Source: Takakia lepidozioides
Taxonomy: Eukaryota > Plantae > Bryophyta
Direction of reading: 5' to 3'
DNA: 64,000 bases
NCBI GenBank assembly: GCA_030704615.1
Contig: CM060731.1
Coordinates: forward strand, 3,100,001 to 3,164,000
Part shown: in pieces, positions 1-9,617 of the stretch
Position numbering within the stretch: position 1 is the stretch's first letter
Layout of the letters: each line of letters opens with the position of its first letter
The notes under the pieces: generated by a model
The model's database searches: none
Seen by the model: the letters and a program-made list of their open reading frames with translations, nothing else
What the model was told of the DNA's origin: nothing
Position numbers and translations under genes: made by a program

Positions 1-938
1 CCGTCTATAATAGTTTGCCAACCCCATGAAAGCTCGAACTTGGCTCACATCCGTGGGGCGTGGAATTTGTGCAATGGCCTCTACCTTAGTCTGCTGTACC
101 CCCAATCCTCCAGGATATATCATGTGACCCAGATACTCAATCTGGTGTGGAAAACTTGCACTTCCCGGATGCAACTTCAATCCGTGCGCTCTCAAGCGCT
201 CCAATACCACTTGAAGGTGTCTCTCATGCTCCTCCATTGTAACACTAAAGATGATGATGTCATCTATGTAGCACCAAGCAAAGTCCACCCCTGCTAGAAT
301 CCTATCCATGACTCTCTGAAACTCTGCCGCCACTAATATATGCAATCCTTGCCGTGCTCATTGATCCCCCAGAATGCCGTCTTCTGCTTGTCCGCCTCCT
401 TGATTGGCAACTGGTGATATCCGGATCGTAAATCCAAAGTGCTAAAGGCCTTAGCATGCCCGATGGCATCAAAGATCTCCTCTGGTGTTGGCATGGCATA
501 CTTATCGGACTTGGTCTGACGATTTACAGGCCGGTAATCACCGCACATACGTCTCTCCGTCCAATTGCCATAGACATCCTTCTTGGCTGGCATCACTGTG
601 GCTGAAGCATACTCTCCACCAGAGAGCTCCACCAAACCTGCCTCCCAGAGATCTTGAGTCCTCATCTGAATCAAAGACCTCTCCATGTCACTGTATCTAT
701 AGGGTCTCCGAAAGATTGGCGTGTCAGTGGCCAACTCAATACAGATCTCTTGACCCTTCAGTGCTCCCAAGTCCTTCAAACTGAAGGCAAAGCAATTCTT
801 GTAAGCCCTCAGGAACCGCCATATACGTCGTCTCTCTCCTCCGGTGACAATGGGTCCAATGTCAGGCTCCCAATTGTCCTCCGTAACTGCAACCTTAAGT
901 CCAGTGGGCTTAGAGGTAGAGGACGCGTCCAGTGGTTG
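1..938 (-). pseudogene. Gypsy reverse transcriptase, disrupted
   Basis: ORF 333..779 reads PIFRRPYRYS...RRMCGDYRPVNRQTKSDKYAMP...FSTLDLRSGYHQL...KTAFWG. Stop at 333-335. The expected PFGLxNAP segment is missing. A different frame then gives AEFQRVMDRIL...CYIDDIIIFS...HLQVVLERLRAHGLKLHP. Confidence 0.93.
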
Positions 939-1254
939 CTATGTTGCAACCTCTTGAGCAGTACTCCCTGCCTGCTCAATCAATGACAAAGCCTCATCCT
1001 GCCCTATCATCTCATCCTTGAGGACCTCCTCAACCCGAGAAGAATCCCCAACCTCATCCATCACAGCCGCCTTGGCGGCCAACTCCCTCTGAACCTCGAG
1101 CACCTCCCACGTGTGCCATGGATGCATGCACCCCGTGGTCCTCACATGCTCGCCCCCACTCACTGCCTGTACCGTCTTGGTAGGCAGAGAGACCATCGAG
1201 GGAAGTGTACTCCGCACTCTGCGTTGCTTAGCCAGAGCCAAGCTGATAATCCAG

Positions 1255-2190
1255 GTCAAGCAATTGAGATCCATTGCTTGCCCCAACACTTGACGACGTG
1301 ATGCCTCAGAAAGAGACGACACCGCCGTGGTACCAGTGGCAAAACCCATTGCCTGCTCACGCTCGTCAGCATTAGGCTCCACTAACTGCTGCAACTGAGC
1401 ATCCCACAGGAGGCCAGGTCCACTATCCCGGAAAGCATGCGATCCTGGGAAGCTGAGCAGTGTAGGTAATGCTGCTCGTGGTTCACCCACCTTGTTGACC
1501 ACTGCCAAAGGCGAATGGTCATCGTGTCTCACACATTGAGACTGCCTCCCTGTGTCCAGAATGCTATCCACTGTGAGATGTGCTGGCCGCTGCACCCCAC
1601 CAAATGCACGCTTGAGCAGTGTGGGTGGCATCAAGTTAGTCCACCATAGCCGTGGACAATGAGCCCGTGACCCCACTGTAGCGGCATCTAGCAACACTGC
1701 TGACCCAAGCTACGACCGGACTTGATGCACACTGGCCATCACCCTGGCCCGAGAATCGCCCATCAGTGGCACATTCTCCAAGATGTATGCTGGAGATACA
1801 GCTTGATGAAGCTGCAAGTGGCGCAAAACCCGCACCATCTCCCAAAACAGACCCAACCTCGAGTCTCGCAATCCATTGCCATGCCCGGCTGATGAATGCC
1901 CTTGGCAGGGCCAACCTGCCACTACCAGATCAATGGAGCCAACCCGCGCCAAATCCTGCGCCCCCAGCAACGAAATGTCTGCTGGCAAGGCCTGCTGATA
2001 TCCACGAATTGCAGACACCGACAACAACTCAGGATACTGTTGCACCAACTGAGCAACATGGCGAAGTGAAACGCGTCGTGCAGTCTCATCCCTCTCCACA
2101 TACAGGTAACGCCGAACTCGTACACCTGCCTGTAACACAGCAGCCAATCCGGTGCTGATCCGCCAAACAAGTCCAGAAGACAAACGCCTT
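1255..2190 (-). pseudogene. C5 cytosine DNA methyltransferase domain inside the retrotransposon pol region (1 frameshift, 1 stop)
   Basis: Motif I LLDLFGG/ISTG (frameshift ~2160); motif II YVERD; motif IV IDLVVAGWPCQGHS (PCQ 1902-1910); motif VI YILENVP (1770-1778); motif VIII LDAATVGSRAHCPRLWWTN; motif IX EREQAMGF; motif X RRQVLGQAMD. Confidence 0.92.
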
Positions 2191-2559
2191 CATCCAGATA
2201 CTGCCACACAATAGGTGTGGTGTCCAATGGAGACAACCGAGGTGGTCCTGGTGCAATCCCCGCACTCTCCTCCTCTCCTGACGGTACAAAAGCCTCCACC
2301 CAGGCTTGTTGCACCCGTCGATCAGCATCCCGCTGCAAATCCTTGCTCGTGCCCCACAATGGAGTCTGAGCAACCATGGTAGGCAACTCCGCCATTCCAT
2401 ACATGTCATCCTGCTCTCCCGGAGGTGGCACATCCTCTGAATGAGCGTTGCCCTCAAGCAACTCTCTAGGCCAACTCACTGCCGCTATGAATGCTGCTAG
2501 TATCGGCATCTTGCCTCGCTGGGCAACCGCAACTCCTCCTATGAACGTCACAGGGAGCT

Positions 2560-2990
2560 GCACACGCCGGCCCTCCCCTGACTGCCATGCAGGCCTATAG
2601 GAAGCTGACTCCTCCCAAAAATCCAGGGTGAAGCCCATGGGGTACAACATTGCCCCACCAACCAGGACATCGTATGAGACCGCGTCTGTCACAATGCCTT
2701 GGCTCGCATCATTGAGCCATCTGTAGGGTGATCCGGCCGTAGTCTGATAGCCAACTCACGCCGTATCATGCCCCGAGCCTACTCCGATCCTCCCAGAGAC
2801 GTTTGTATCTGGAAAGGACAAGGCTCCATATCTGTCTCCGTGAGGCCCAAGCTTGCAATAGCAGCTCTGCCCAGCATCAATGGCTAAGCTCTTGAGTCCA
2901 ACAAGACCCGCAGTGGCCGGTACCTCTTGCCTGCCAGTCCACTCAAATAGAAAATGCCATCCTGGTTGTCTAACATGACAACTCCAGGTG
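2560..2990 (-). pseudogene. Retroviral-type aspartic protease, disrupted
   Basis: RVLLDSRA* (likely from LLDSGAQ; stop 2884-2886), continuing PLMLG...PFQIQTSLGG, then YDVLVGG...FTLDF in ORF 1922..2692. Confidence 0.8.
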
Positions 2991-5118
2991 TCACCATGGC
3001 GCGCTCAATGGCTGGCCTGGCTGGCAGCTCCAGCAACCTGGCAGCTGCAGCTTGCCATGGCGCCGCCGTGGCAGTCTTGACCCTCAAATCCGAGGATCCC
3101 TCCGGCACTACACCTCCCACTATCTCCGCAGAAGATGAAGTAACCTCCCCACTCTCACAGAGTGTAGCTGCCAGCCTGAACACCTCAGCTGGTTTTACCC
3201 CCGGCGTCGCAATCATGGTAGCCGAGAACAATGGATCCTGGCACACAGATGTGGCCGCTCCTAGCAGCACACTAGCTGCCATAGCCTTGGCAACACTAGG
3301 TAGTGGTGCTACCCGTGTAGCTCTCCCCAATGGCATAGTATCCTCCGCCTCGGTAACCGTCGGGCGAGAACTTGGTGCCATAGATGGCGTCGACACTGTC
3401 TCTGCCAATGTGAATGACTGAGGAAGCCTAGCCTGACGGCTTGCCTCCCCACGCTGTGGATCCAACTCCACCTCTGCACCTCGTGGCTCAGGAACTCGTG
3501 CTGCTCCTCGAGTCACGGTTGCAGCAGACTCCACCTGCACTAGTGGTAGTGCTGCTCCACACATGAATCCCATGCCTCCCATATCTCCTCCCTCAAGAGT
3601 AGGAGGTGGACCATCCGGCCTTAGAGCCGGTACCACCTGAGCTGTAGCCATGGCAGCGAGCCTCTGCTCTAGCTGCTGAAGCCGGTTGGCCATGCCTTGG
3701 TCAACACCCTGACCTCCGCGTCCTTGGCCACGTTGAGCTTGCCCTTGGCCTGCACCTCGTGGCTGGCCACCTCGTCCTCTCTGGGCTGCTCCACCTCGCC
3801 CCCGGCCACCATTGTTCCCTTGGAACTGGCCTGGGCGCAACTCAGGATGCAAACCATAACACTGGGCCTCTCCATGCCCGTGCTTGCCACAATGCCCACA
3901 CTGCAACTGTGCAGGCTGTGCATGTGCCGACCCTTTGCCTCCCTCTGGGCAATCCTTCTTGACATGGGGTCCTCCACATGTCCAGCACACCACATCCGCC
4001 CGTTGTTGGCCAGCAAATGAAGGGAGAGACCCCTGCATCTGAGGTCCTCTCTGCCCTTCCCTGAGCTTCACCTGAGCCCCCTTGTTGCCTTGAGCACGTT
4101 GAGGTAGTGGTTGGCTAGGAGCACCACTACCCCGTGGCGTCTCCTTAGCAAATCCCACCATGACCACTTGTTCCTCCACCATGTTGAGCTCTATCCGCTC
4201 TGCCAGCAAAAACACATTTGCTAAGGTGGGTTGGGCCGCTTGTAGGAGAGTTGCACCCCGCACCCTTCTCCTCAGCTCCTTGTCCAATATCCCATACCAA
4301 AATTGGACTGCCTGAGCTTCCGTAACCCCTTGGGTTACATTTATCAAGCGCCTCATGCGAGTGAAAGCCTCCCTCAAGCTCTCGGTCGGCTTCCGTTGGA
4401 ACTCTTGCAAGCTCCGCAACTTCTCTGTCCTCACCCCTTGGTAGTTCCCTCTCAACTCTTCGAAGAACTCCACAACAGGGTTGAAGACAGGCACGGGTGC
4501 TAGTGCTGGTGCGGTAGTGGCTTGGGTGGACGTCGTAGCTACTGTACCACCAGTCCCACTAGTCCCACTGCTACTTGCTGAAGCTGCCGGTGCAGCGGCA
4601 GGTGTAGCCACTGCCCTCGTGGCTCTAGTGCCCCTAGTGATGGAGACATAGTCGGGTGACCAGTACATCCTCCACTCCTCGATCTCAACCTCATGCCCCC
4701 GCCTGAACTCATGGTAATCATCCATAGGCGGCCCCTCAAGGTGCTGAAACAGCCCCTTCCATGCCATGAAAGGCGTAAATAGTTGTGGATTGCGCATTTG
4801 CTGCAAATCACACCAACTATCAAACTCTTGGATAAAATCATCCAACTCGATGGTGCCCACCGCCCCAGAGTACCTTCGTGGCCCCTTGGTAGCTCCATAC
4901 ATCTCCTCCATTGTGTCCCACAACAATGGCAAAGAAACAACTTGCACCGCCGGTATGAGTCCTCCTGATTCACAATCCGAATCAGAACCTTCCGTAGAAG
5001 ACACAGGAGGTGAAGGTGGCCTAAACCGCACACCTCGTCTCGTGTACCCACTAGTATCGCTAGTGCTCGAACCGGCACTGTCCCCAGCAACTAGTGGCAT
5101 CTCCGTGTTGACACTCAA
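2884..5118 (-). CDS. Retrotransposon Gag ORF with two zinc knuckles, running into the protease
   Basis: 744 uninterrupted codons. Capsid-like segment (LQEFQRKPTESLREAFTRMRRL...FWYGILDKELRRRV), CWTCGGPHVKKDC and CGHCGKHGHGEAQC knuckles, RGG-rich tract. True start codon uncertain. Confidence 0.85.
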   Translation of the reverse strand: MSVNTEMPLVAGDSAGSSTSDTSGYTRRGVRFRPPSPPVSSTEGSDSDCESGGLIPAVQVVSLPLLWDTMEEMYGATKGPRRYSGAVGTIELDDFIQEFDSWCDLQQMRNPQLFTPFMAWKGLFQHLEGPPMDDYHEFRRGHEVEIEEWRMYWSPDYVSITRGTRATRAVATPAAAPAASASSSGTSGTGGTVATTSTQATTAPALAPVPVFNPVVEFFEELRGNYQGVRTEKLRSLQEFQRKPTESLREAFTRMRRLINVTQGVTEAQAVQFWYGILDKELRRRVRGATLLQAAQPTLANVFLLAERIELNMVEEQVVMVGFAKETPRGSGAPSQPLPQRAQGNKGAQVKLREGQRGPQMQGSLPSFAGQQRADVVCWTCGGPHVKKDCPEGGKGSAHAQPAQLQCGHCGKHGHGEAQCYGLHPELRPGQFQGNNGGRGRGGAAQRGRGGQPRGAGQGQAQRGQGRGGQGVDQGMANRLQQLEQRLAAMATAQVVPALRPDGPPPTLEGGDMGGMGFMCGAALPLVQVESAATVTRGAARVPEPRGAEVELDPQRGEASRQARLPQSFTLAETVSTPSMAPSSRPTVTEAEDTMPLGRATRVAPLPSVAKAMAASVLLGAATSVCQDPLFSATMIATPGVKPAEVFRLAATLCESGEVTSSSAEIVGGVVPEGSSDLRVKTATAAPWQAAAARLLELPARPAIERAMVTPGVVMLDNQDGIFYLSGLAGKRYRPLRVLLDSRA

Positions 5119-5849
5119 CCGGTCATGAACATGTCCCTAACCCCCTCTCCACAAGGTAACCGGGTAGAGAACCTGTTGCGGCTTATGGTTTGGAATACTA
5201 AGTTCCTAACATAGCCTACACATGTACCTGCATCCACCGCAAACACTCCTATGGTTGGCTGGTCATCACCTCCAACCTCACCACAGGAGAAACAATGATG
5301 GTCTGGCTAGTCATCACCCCAGCCTCACCATCGACAGCATACTCTAGGACTGGCCGGTGATCAAATCCGGACCAATCACCTATAAAAACAAGCGCCCACA
5401 CAAAACTAGCATGGCGCACAGTCAAGCATGCAGGTATGGAGGGGATCCAAACACAAGAAATCAGAACGACAACTCCCCCACACCAAAAACAACTCCACAG
5501 TGTTGCTCCTGCAATGACACCCCAGCCCAAACCCGGACTGACTCTTGCCTCCACCTACGGAAAGGTCTTGGCCTAATGAGAGGGTGGAAACTACGAGGAA
5601 GAGAAGCTAAAGCAATGCCTAACCCCAGCATGCCCTCATCCCAACACTCTTCCTCTTCTCTCTTCCCTCACTTGCATGACCATGGGAATATCATGAAGAT
5701 ACTCCTCAAACCGCCCTCCACGAGCTTCAAAATTCGGCCTTCAAGACCACATGCCAGTCCTTAGGCAGTCCACCAGTGCCTCCATGAGTCAGCACAGGCC
5801 GTCCACAGGTCAACACGGGCCACCACAGACTAGCATAGGCCCACACAGC

Positions 5850-6525
5850 TCACTGGTCACAGCCGTCACAGTCCCACAGGCCACTGGGCACAGCCTGTCA
5901 CAGCCCGTCACAGCCCCACAGGCCACAGGGCACAGCCCGCCACAGCTTGTCACAGCCCCGCACAGCCCGTCACAGCTTGCCACAGCCTGTCACAGCCCGT
6001 CACAGCCCCACAGGCCACTGGGCACAGCTTGTCACAGCCCCTCAGAGCCCGTCACAGCTCGCCACAGCCTATCACAGCCCCAAAGGCCTCAGGCACGGCC
6101 TGTCACAGCCCCTCACAGCCCCAAAGGCCACGGGCACAGCCTGTCACAGCCCGTCACAGCCCCACAGGCCACTGGGCACAGCCTGTCACAGCCCCGCACA
6201 GCCCGTCACAGCCCCACAGGCCACTGGGCATAGCCTGTCACAGCCCCTCACAGCTCGTCACAGCTCGCCACAGCCCCTCACAGCCCCAAAGGCCTCAGGC
6301 ACGGCATGACACAGCCCCTCACAGCCCCTCACAGCCCCAAAGGCCTCAGGCACGGCCTGTCACAGCCCCTCACAGCCCCAAAGGCCACGGGCACAGCCTG
6401 TCACAGCCCCAAAAGGCCACCGGCACAGCCCCTCACAGCCCGTCACAGCCCCAAAGGCCACTGGTGCAGCCCGTGACAGCCCCTCACAGCCCTGAAGGCC
6501 ACCGGCACAGCCCGGCACAGCCCCA
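5850..6525. repeat. Tandem array of ~10-nt unit (gt/ct)cacagccc with 40-50-nt higher-order blocks, upstream of gag
   Basis: Dozens of cacagccc(g/c)t units interleaved with cacaggccactggg / caaaggcc spacers. Confidence 0.92.
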
Positions 6526-7024
6526 TCCATGGCCGCTCTGGCAGTTTAGCCATTTCTCCAAGGGGTTTAGCCACGCCAAGCTAGGGTTTGTGTCTCTTGG
6601 ACTCTAGGCTTCTTTCCACCGAGCTATGGCGGCTATGAGGAAATCAGCAAGGTATTCTTGCTCTTTCGGCTCCCACACACCACCATAGTAGCCCTAAGCC
6701 ATGAGGTGGTTGCCACAAACCAAGCCTTCTTTCTCACTTAGCCTCCCCAACCACGCCACTAAACTCAATGGTAAACAACCAAGCCCTGCTGGTTCCCAGC
6801 CCTTGTGAGCACTCATTCAAGCACTCTCCTTGGCCATAACATCTGTCTTAGAGCCTATTCCAGCCCCCTACACCTGCTGCTTCAAGAGTTGCGCTCCCTT
6901 CAAGCTTGAAGTTGAAACCCCAACTCACATAGGCCCTACAAGTGCTTTTCTTTCACTCCAAGTGGAAACCAGCCCTAGACCTTCCGTTCTAGCTCTCTAA
7001 AGCTTGAAAACAAGAGCCTCAATG

Positions 7025-7250
7025 GGCTGAAGGCATGCTCCACACATGCCCCACTCTCACCATAAGAGAATCAGCTCCTTTGCTTCATTTCTTGCACCCA
7101 CAAACCTGAAAATACAAGCTTCAGCAGGCTGAAAGCATGCTCCACATGCCCTACAGGGAAACCAGCCCCTTCCTTCCTTTCTTGCACTCCCACCCCTGAA
7201 AGTGCAAAACTTCACCAGGCTGATAGCATGCTCCACACATGCATTGCCCT
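7025..7250. repeat. Three dispersed copies of a ~28-bp motif ggctga(a/t)(g/a)gcatgctccaca(ca)tgc
   Basis: Copies near 7025, 7127 and 7218, spaced ~90-100 bp apart. Confidence 0.7.
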
Positions 7251-7891
7251 CGCATTCCCAAGTCCAGTTCTCAGCTTTGCCACCAAAGCCACTATAACCT
7301 GCTCTTGACTGGTCCTCTTCCCAATCGAGCTTGCTCATGCATGTACACAGTCTGAAACCATCAAGGTGCTCTGAAATTACCTGCAGCATGGTGCTTTCAT
7401 CTCTGAAGCTGAAGATCGAATGCCAAGGTCTACCACCTCGTAACCCACATCGCCTCCGCTTCTAACAACCAAGAGCTCCACGGTGCTCCTTGCATAATAA
7501 CTTGGTTTCTCTCATTCTCAAGCAAAAACCACAAGTGCTACAACTAACTCGTATCTGGCACTCACAGATACGAGCTCATCTTTCTCGAGTGATAAAGAAG
7601 AAGAATACAAGCACAAGCTCACAAAGCTCACAAAGCTGAAGCATAAACTCATGCATATATAACCTCATCACTCAAATACAAGTCAAGCCAAGTGCACCCC
7701 ACGCCATGGGGAATCCACACTACGGCGCCATAGCTAGGCGCGGTGAGGCTCAACTCGAGAAAGATGAGCCTCCCGCGCTTGCCGTGAAGATAACCACTCC
7801 AGGGCCTGAATCTGCCTTGACCCCTGGGTTGACACTTGGGCCAATCCCAAATATCAATATGTAAAAGCTAGCTATTTCCTAGCTAGTTTCA

Positions 7892-8566
7892 CACTAGTGG
7901 TAAAATAACTTGACATTTTCTATTTTGAATGTCTTGTGGTTGCTAGTATGCAAGAGGGGTCCATTCTGTTTTTATATCAGAATTTCACCATATAATGAAG
8001 AATTTAAATCATTTAATCTATTTTTATTTTATATAACATTATTAAATTAAACATTAATATACCATTTAATAAAAAATTCCAAGCTGCTATCCCCTGTTTT
8101 CAAAAATAAAATATAAATTTAAGAATTTAAAATTACAAATATAACTATTAAATTATTTTCAGAGACATTCTTGATGACACATGACATAAACCCTGCCATA
8201 TATGCTAGTCATATATTATGTCTAAGTACCACATGTCACATCTGAAGTGCAACATGTGTCGTGACGTGTCGCTTGCGCAGTGGTGCACGTGTTCCTCTAA
8301 AGCCTCTCCATGTAGGCAACGCTCATCAGACAATATAGTCATATAGTTAGTCGTATGTAAGTCATAGAATTGTAACTACATCACTCTCTTATGCATGACT
8401 CCATGTGCCACGCACGCAGTCACGGCTATGACTTGCAAAATGCAGTCCTAAAGACTAGTCGCTATGACAGGGCTTTTTTCACTACAGAGTGATGTAGTCA
8501 TGAACGCATATAGGACTGAAAAAATAGTCATATGTGCAGTCATAAAAACGCTCATCTGTTGTAGTG
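7892..8566. mobile_element. CACTA (En/Spm)-like non-autonomous element or element end
   Basis: Right end ...TTGTAGTG (CACTACAA on minus) is preceded by ~10 subterminal AGTCATA/TATGACT-type repeats (8207-8545). CACTAGTGGTAAAA lies at 7892. The 3-bp flanks do not match (TCA vs TTG). Confidence 0.55.
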
Positions 8567-9361
8567 TTGGGATCATCCCGAGGCTGATGGCCTGAGAGAG
8601 AGGGTTGTACAAACAGTCAAGCGAGGCTTGCGCAAGTATGGCTTGCAGAAAGGACACTTAGGAGATTGGGACCTTCAGCTACCTTGGTTGGCCATGGGCT
8701 ACAGGTTTAGCAAACAAGCATCACTTGCCTCGTTCTTGCCTTATTTCCTTCTCTCTGGCCGAGAGCCAGATTTGCATGCATCTATTTGCAGGGAAACTGC
8801 AGTAGTTCTCAACCTTGATGATCCGGATGTGTGGACACAAGTATGTGCCTAGCGGGCAGAGTTGTTCAAAGAGAGTCATGCCTATGGCTTTTGAGAACCT
8901 TGCTATTGCCCAACACCGAGACACATTGAGGTACGCCACTATACGTGGAGGGGGATATCGGCCAGGTGTTCGGCGTTTCCACCCTGGGGACTATGTGTAT
9001 CTGCAGCAGACAGCGCCTACGATTTTGGATGTCACAGCAGGGCGTGTGATTCTAAGGGTCCGGGAGGTGTTGCCTTCAGGAGTGTTGATTCTGGAGGGTC
9101 GAGATGGCATGGTATGGAAGGACCATGTGCGCAATTATGCGCCATGTCACCTTTCACATGTGGATGGGAGGATAGATCCCAACTTTGCAGTGGTACCTGC
9201 AGGGTTGCGTTGCATGCTATGTAGGCATACTGGTGGGCGCCGCGACCATGTTGGTGTGTGACAAATGCTCAAGGGGGTGGCACATGGGATGCTTGACACC
9301 GCCACTTGAGGAGGTTCCTAGTGGAAAATGGTTGTGTCCACGGTGCCTTGGACATAGATAG
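8567..9361 (+). pseudogene. Gypsy integrase C-terminal half followed by a PHD finger
   Basis: DHPEADGLRERVVQTVKRGLRK...WDLQLPWLAMGYRFS...PYFLLSGREP...FHPGDYVYL. Then CMLC...MLVCDKCSRGWHMGCLTPPLEEVPSGKWLCPRC* (9211-9361). One stop at 8850 and small frameshifts. Confidence 0.9.
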
Positions 9362-9607
9362 TGGGCATGACAATGGTGGAATTGACAAGTGATCCAAGGT
9401 CTAGCTGATGGGAGCTCAACGCCATGGATACTTAATTGAAGATCATGGATTGCAGGAAGGCGAGTAACGATGGGGCTACTTTTGCACCCGGCCTCTTGAT
9501 CTATTGACTTTAGATACTGGGACATGTGCGATTGAAGACCAAGTGATGATTTTATTGAGATGGATACTTGTCAGCTATCCGGTGTTAGAGGGACCTAATC
9601 ACCAGCT

Positions 9608-9617
9608 AAGGGGGCGA
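9608..9617 (+). other. Candidate polypurine tract, followed by TG at 9619 as possible 3' LTR start
   Basis: aagggggcga-t-TGTGGC about 250 bp after the integrase-PHD stop. LTR end not identified. Confidence 0.45.

Larger units (their letters stand above)
1..7893 (-). mobile_element. Degenerate Ty3/gypsy LTR retrotransposon (gag-PR-DNMT-RT); runs off the left edge; 5' boundary/LTR uncertain
   Basis: Collinear minus-strand Gag with zinc knuckles, protease LLDS motif, C5-MTase motifs and gypsy RT motifs (MCGDYRPVN, TLDLRSGYHQL, KTAF, YIDDIIIFS at ~247-270). Right boundary is a guess at the switch to AT-rich DNA after ...tttcaca (TGTGAAA on minus). Confidence 0.85.

Noticed and set aside
5850-6525. 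CRISPR-like repeat-spacer reading of the array
   Set aside because: Eukaryotic context, no unique spacers, no cas genes.
5751-6607. Three overlapping long plus-strand ORFs (HSPSQP / VTAP repeats)
   Set aside because: By-products of a nearly stop-free 10-mer tandem array; no domain content.
7712-7730. TGGCGCCGTAG on the minus strand as a primer-binding site
   Set aside because: Resembles Athila/Tat-type PBS starts but is not preceded by an LTR-terminal CA, and there is no second LTR in the window to confirm it.
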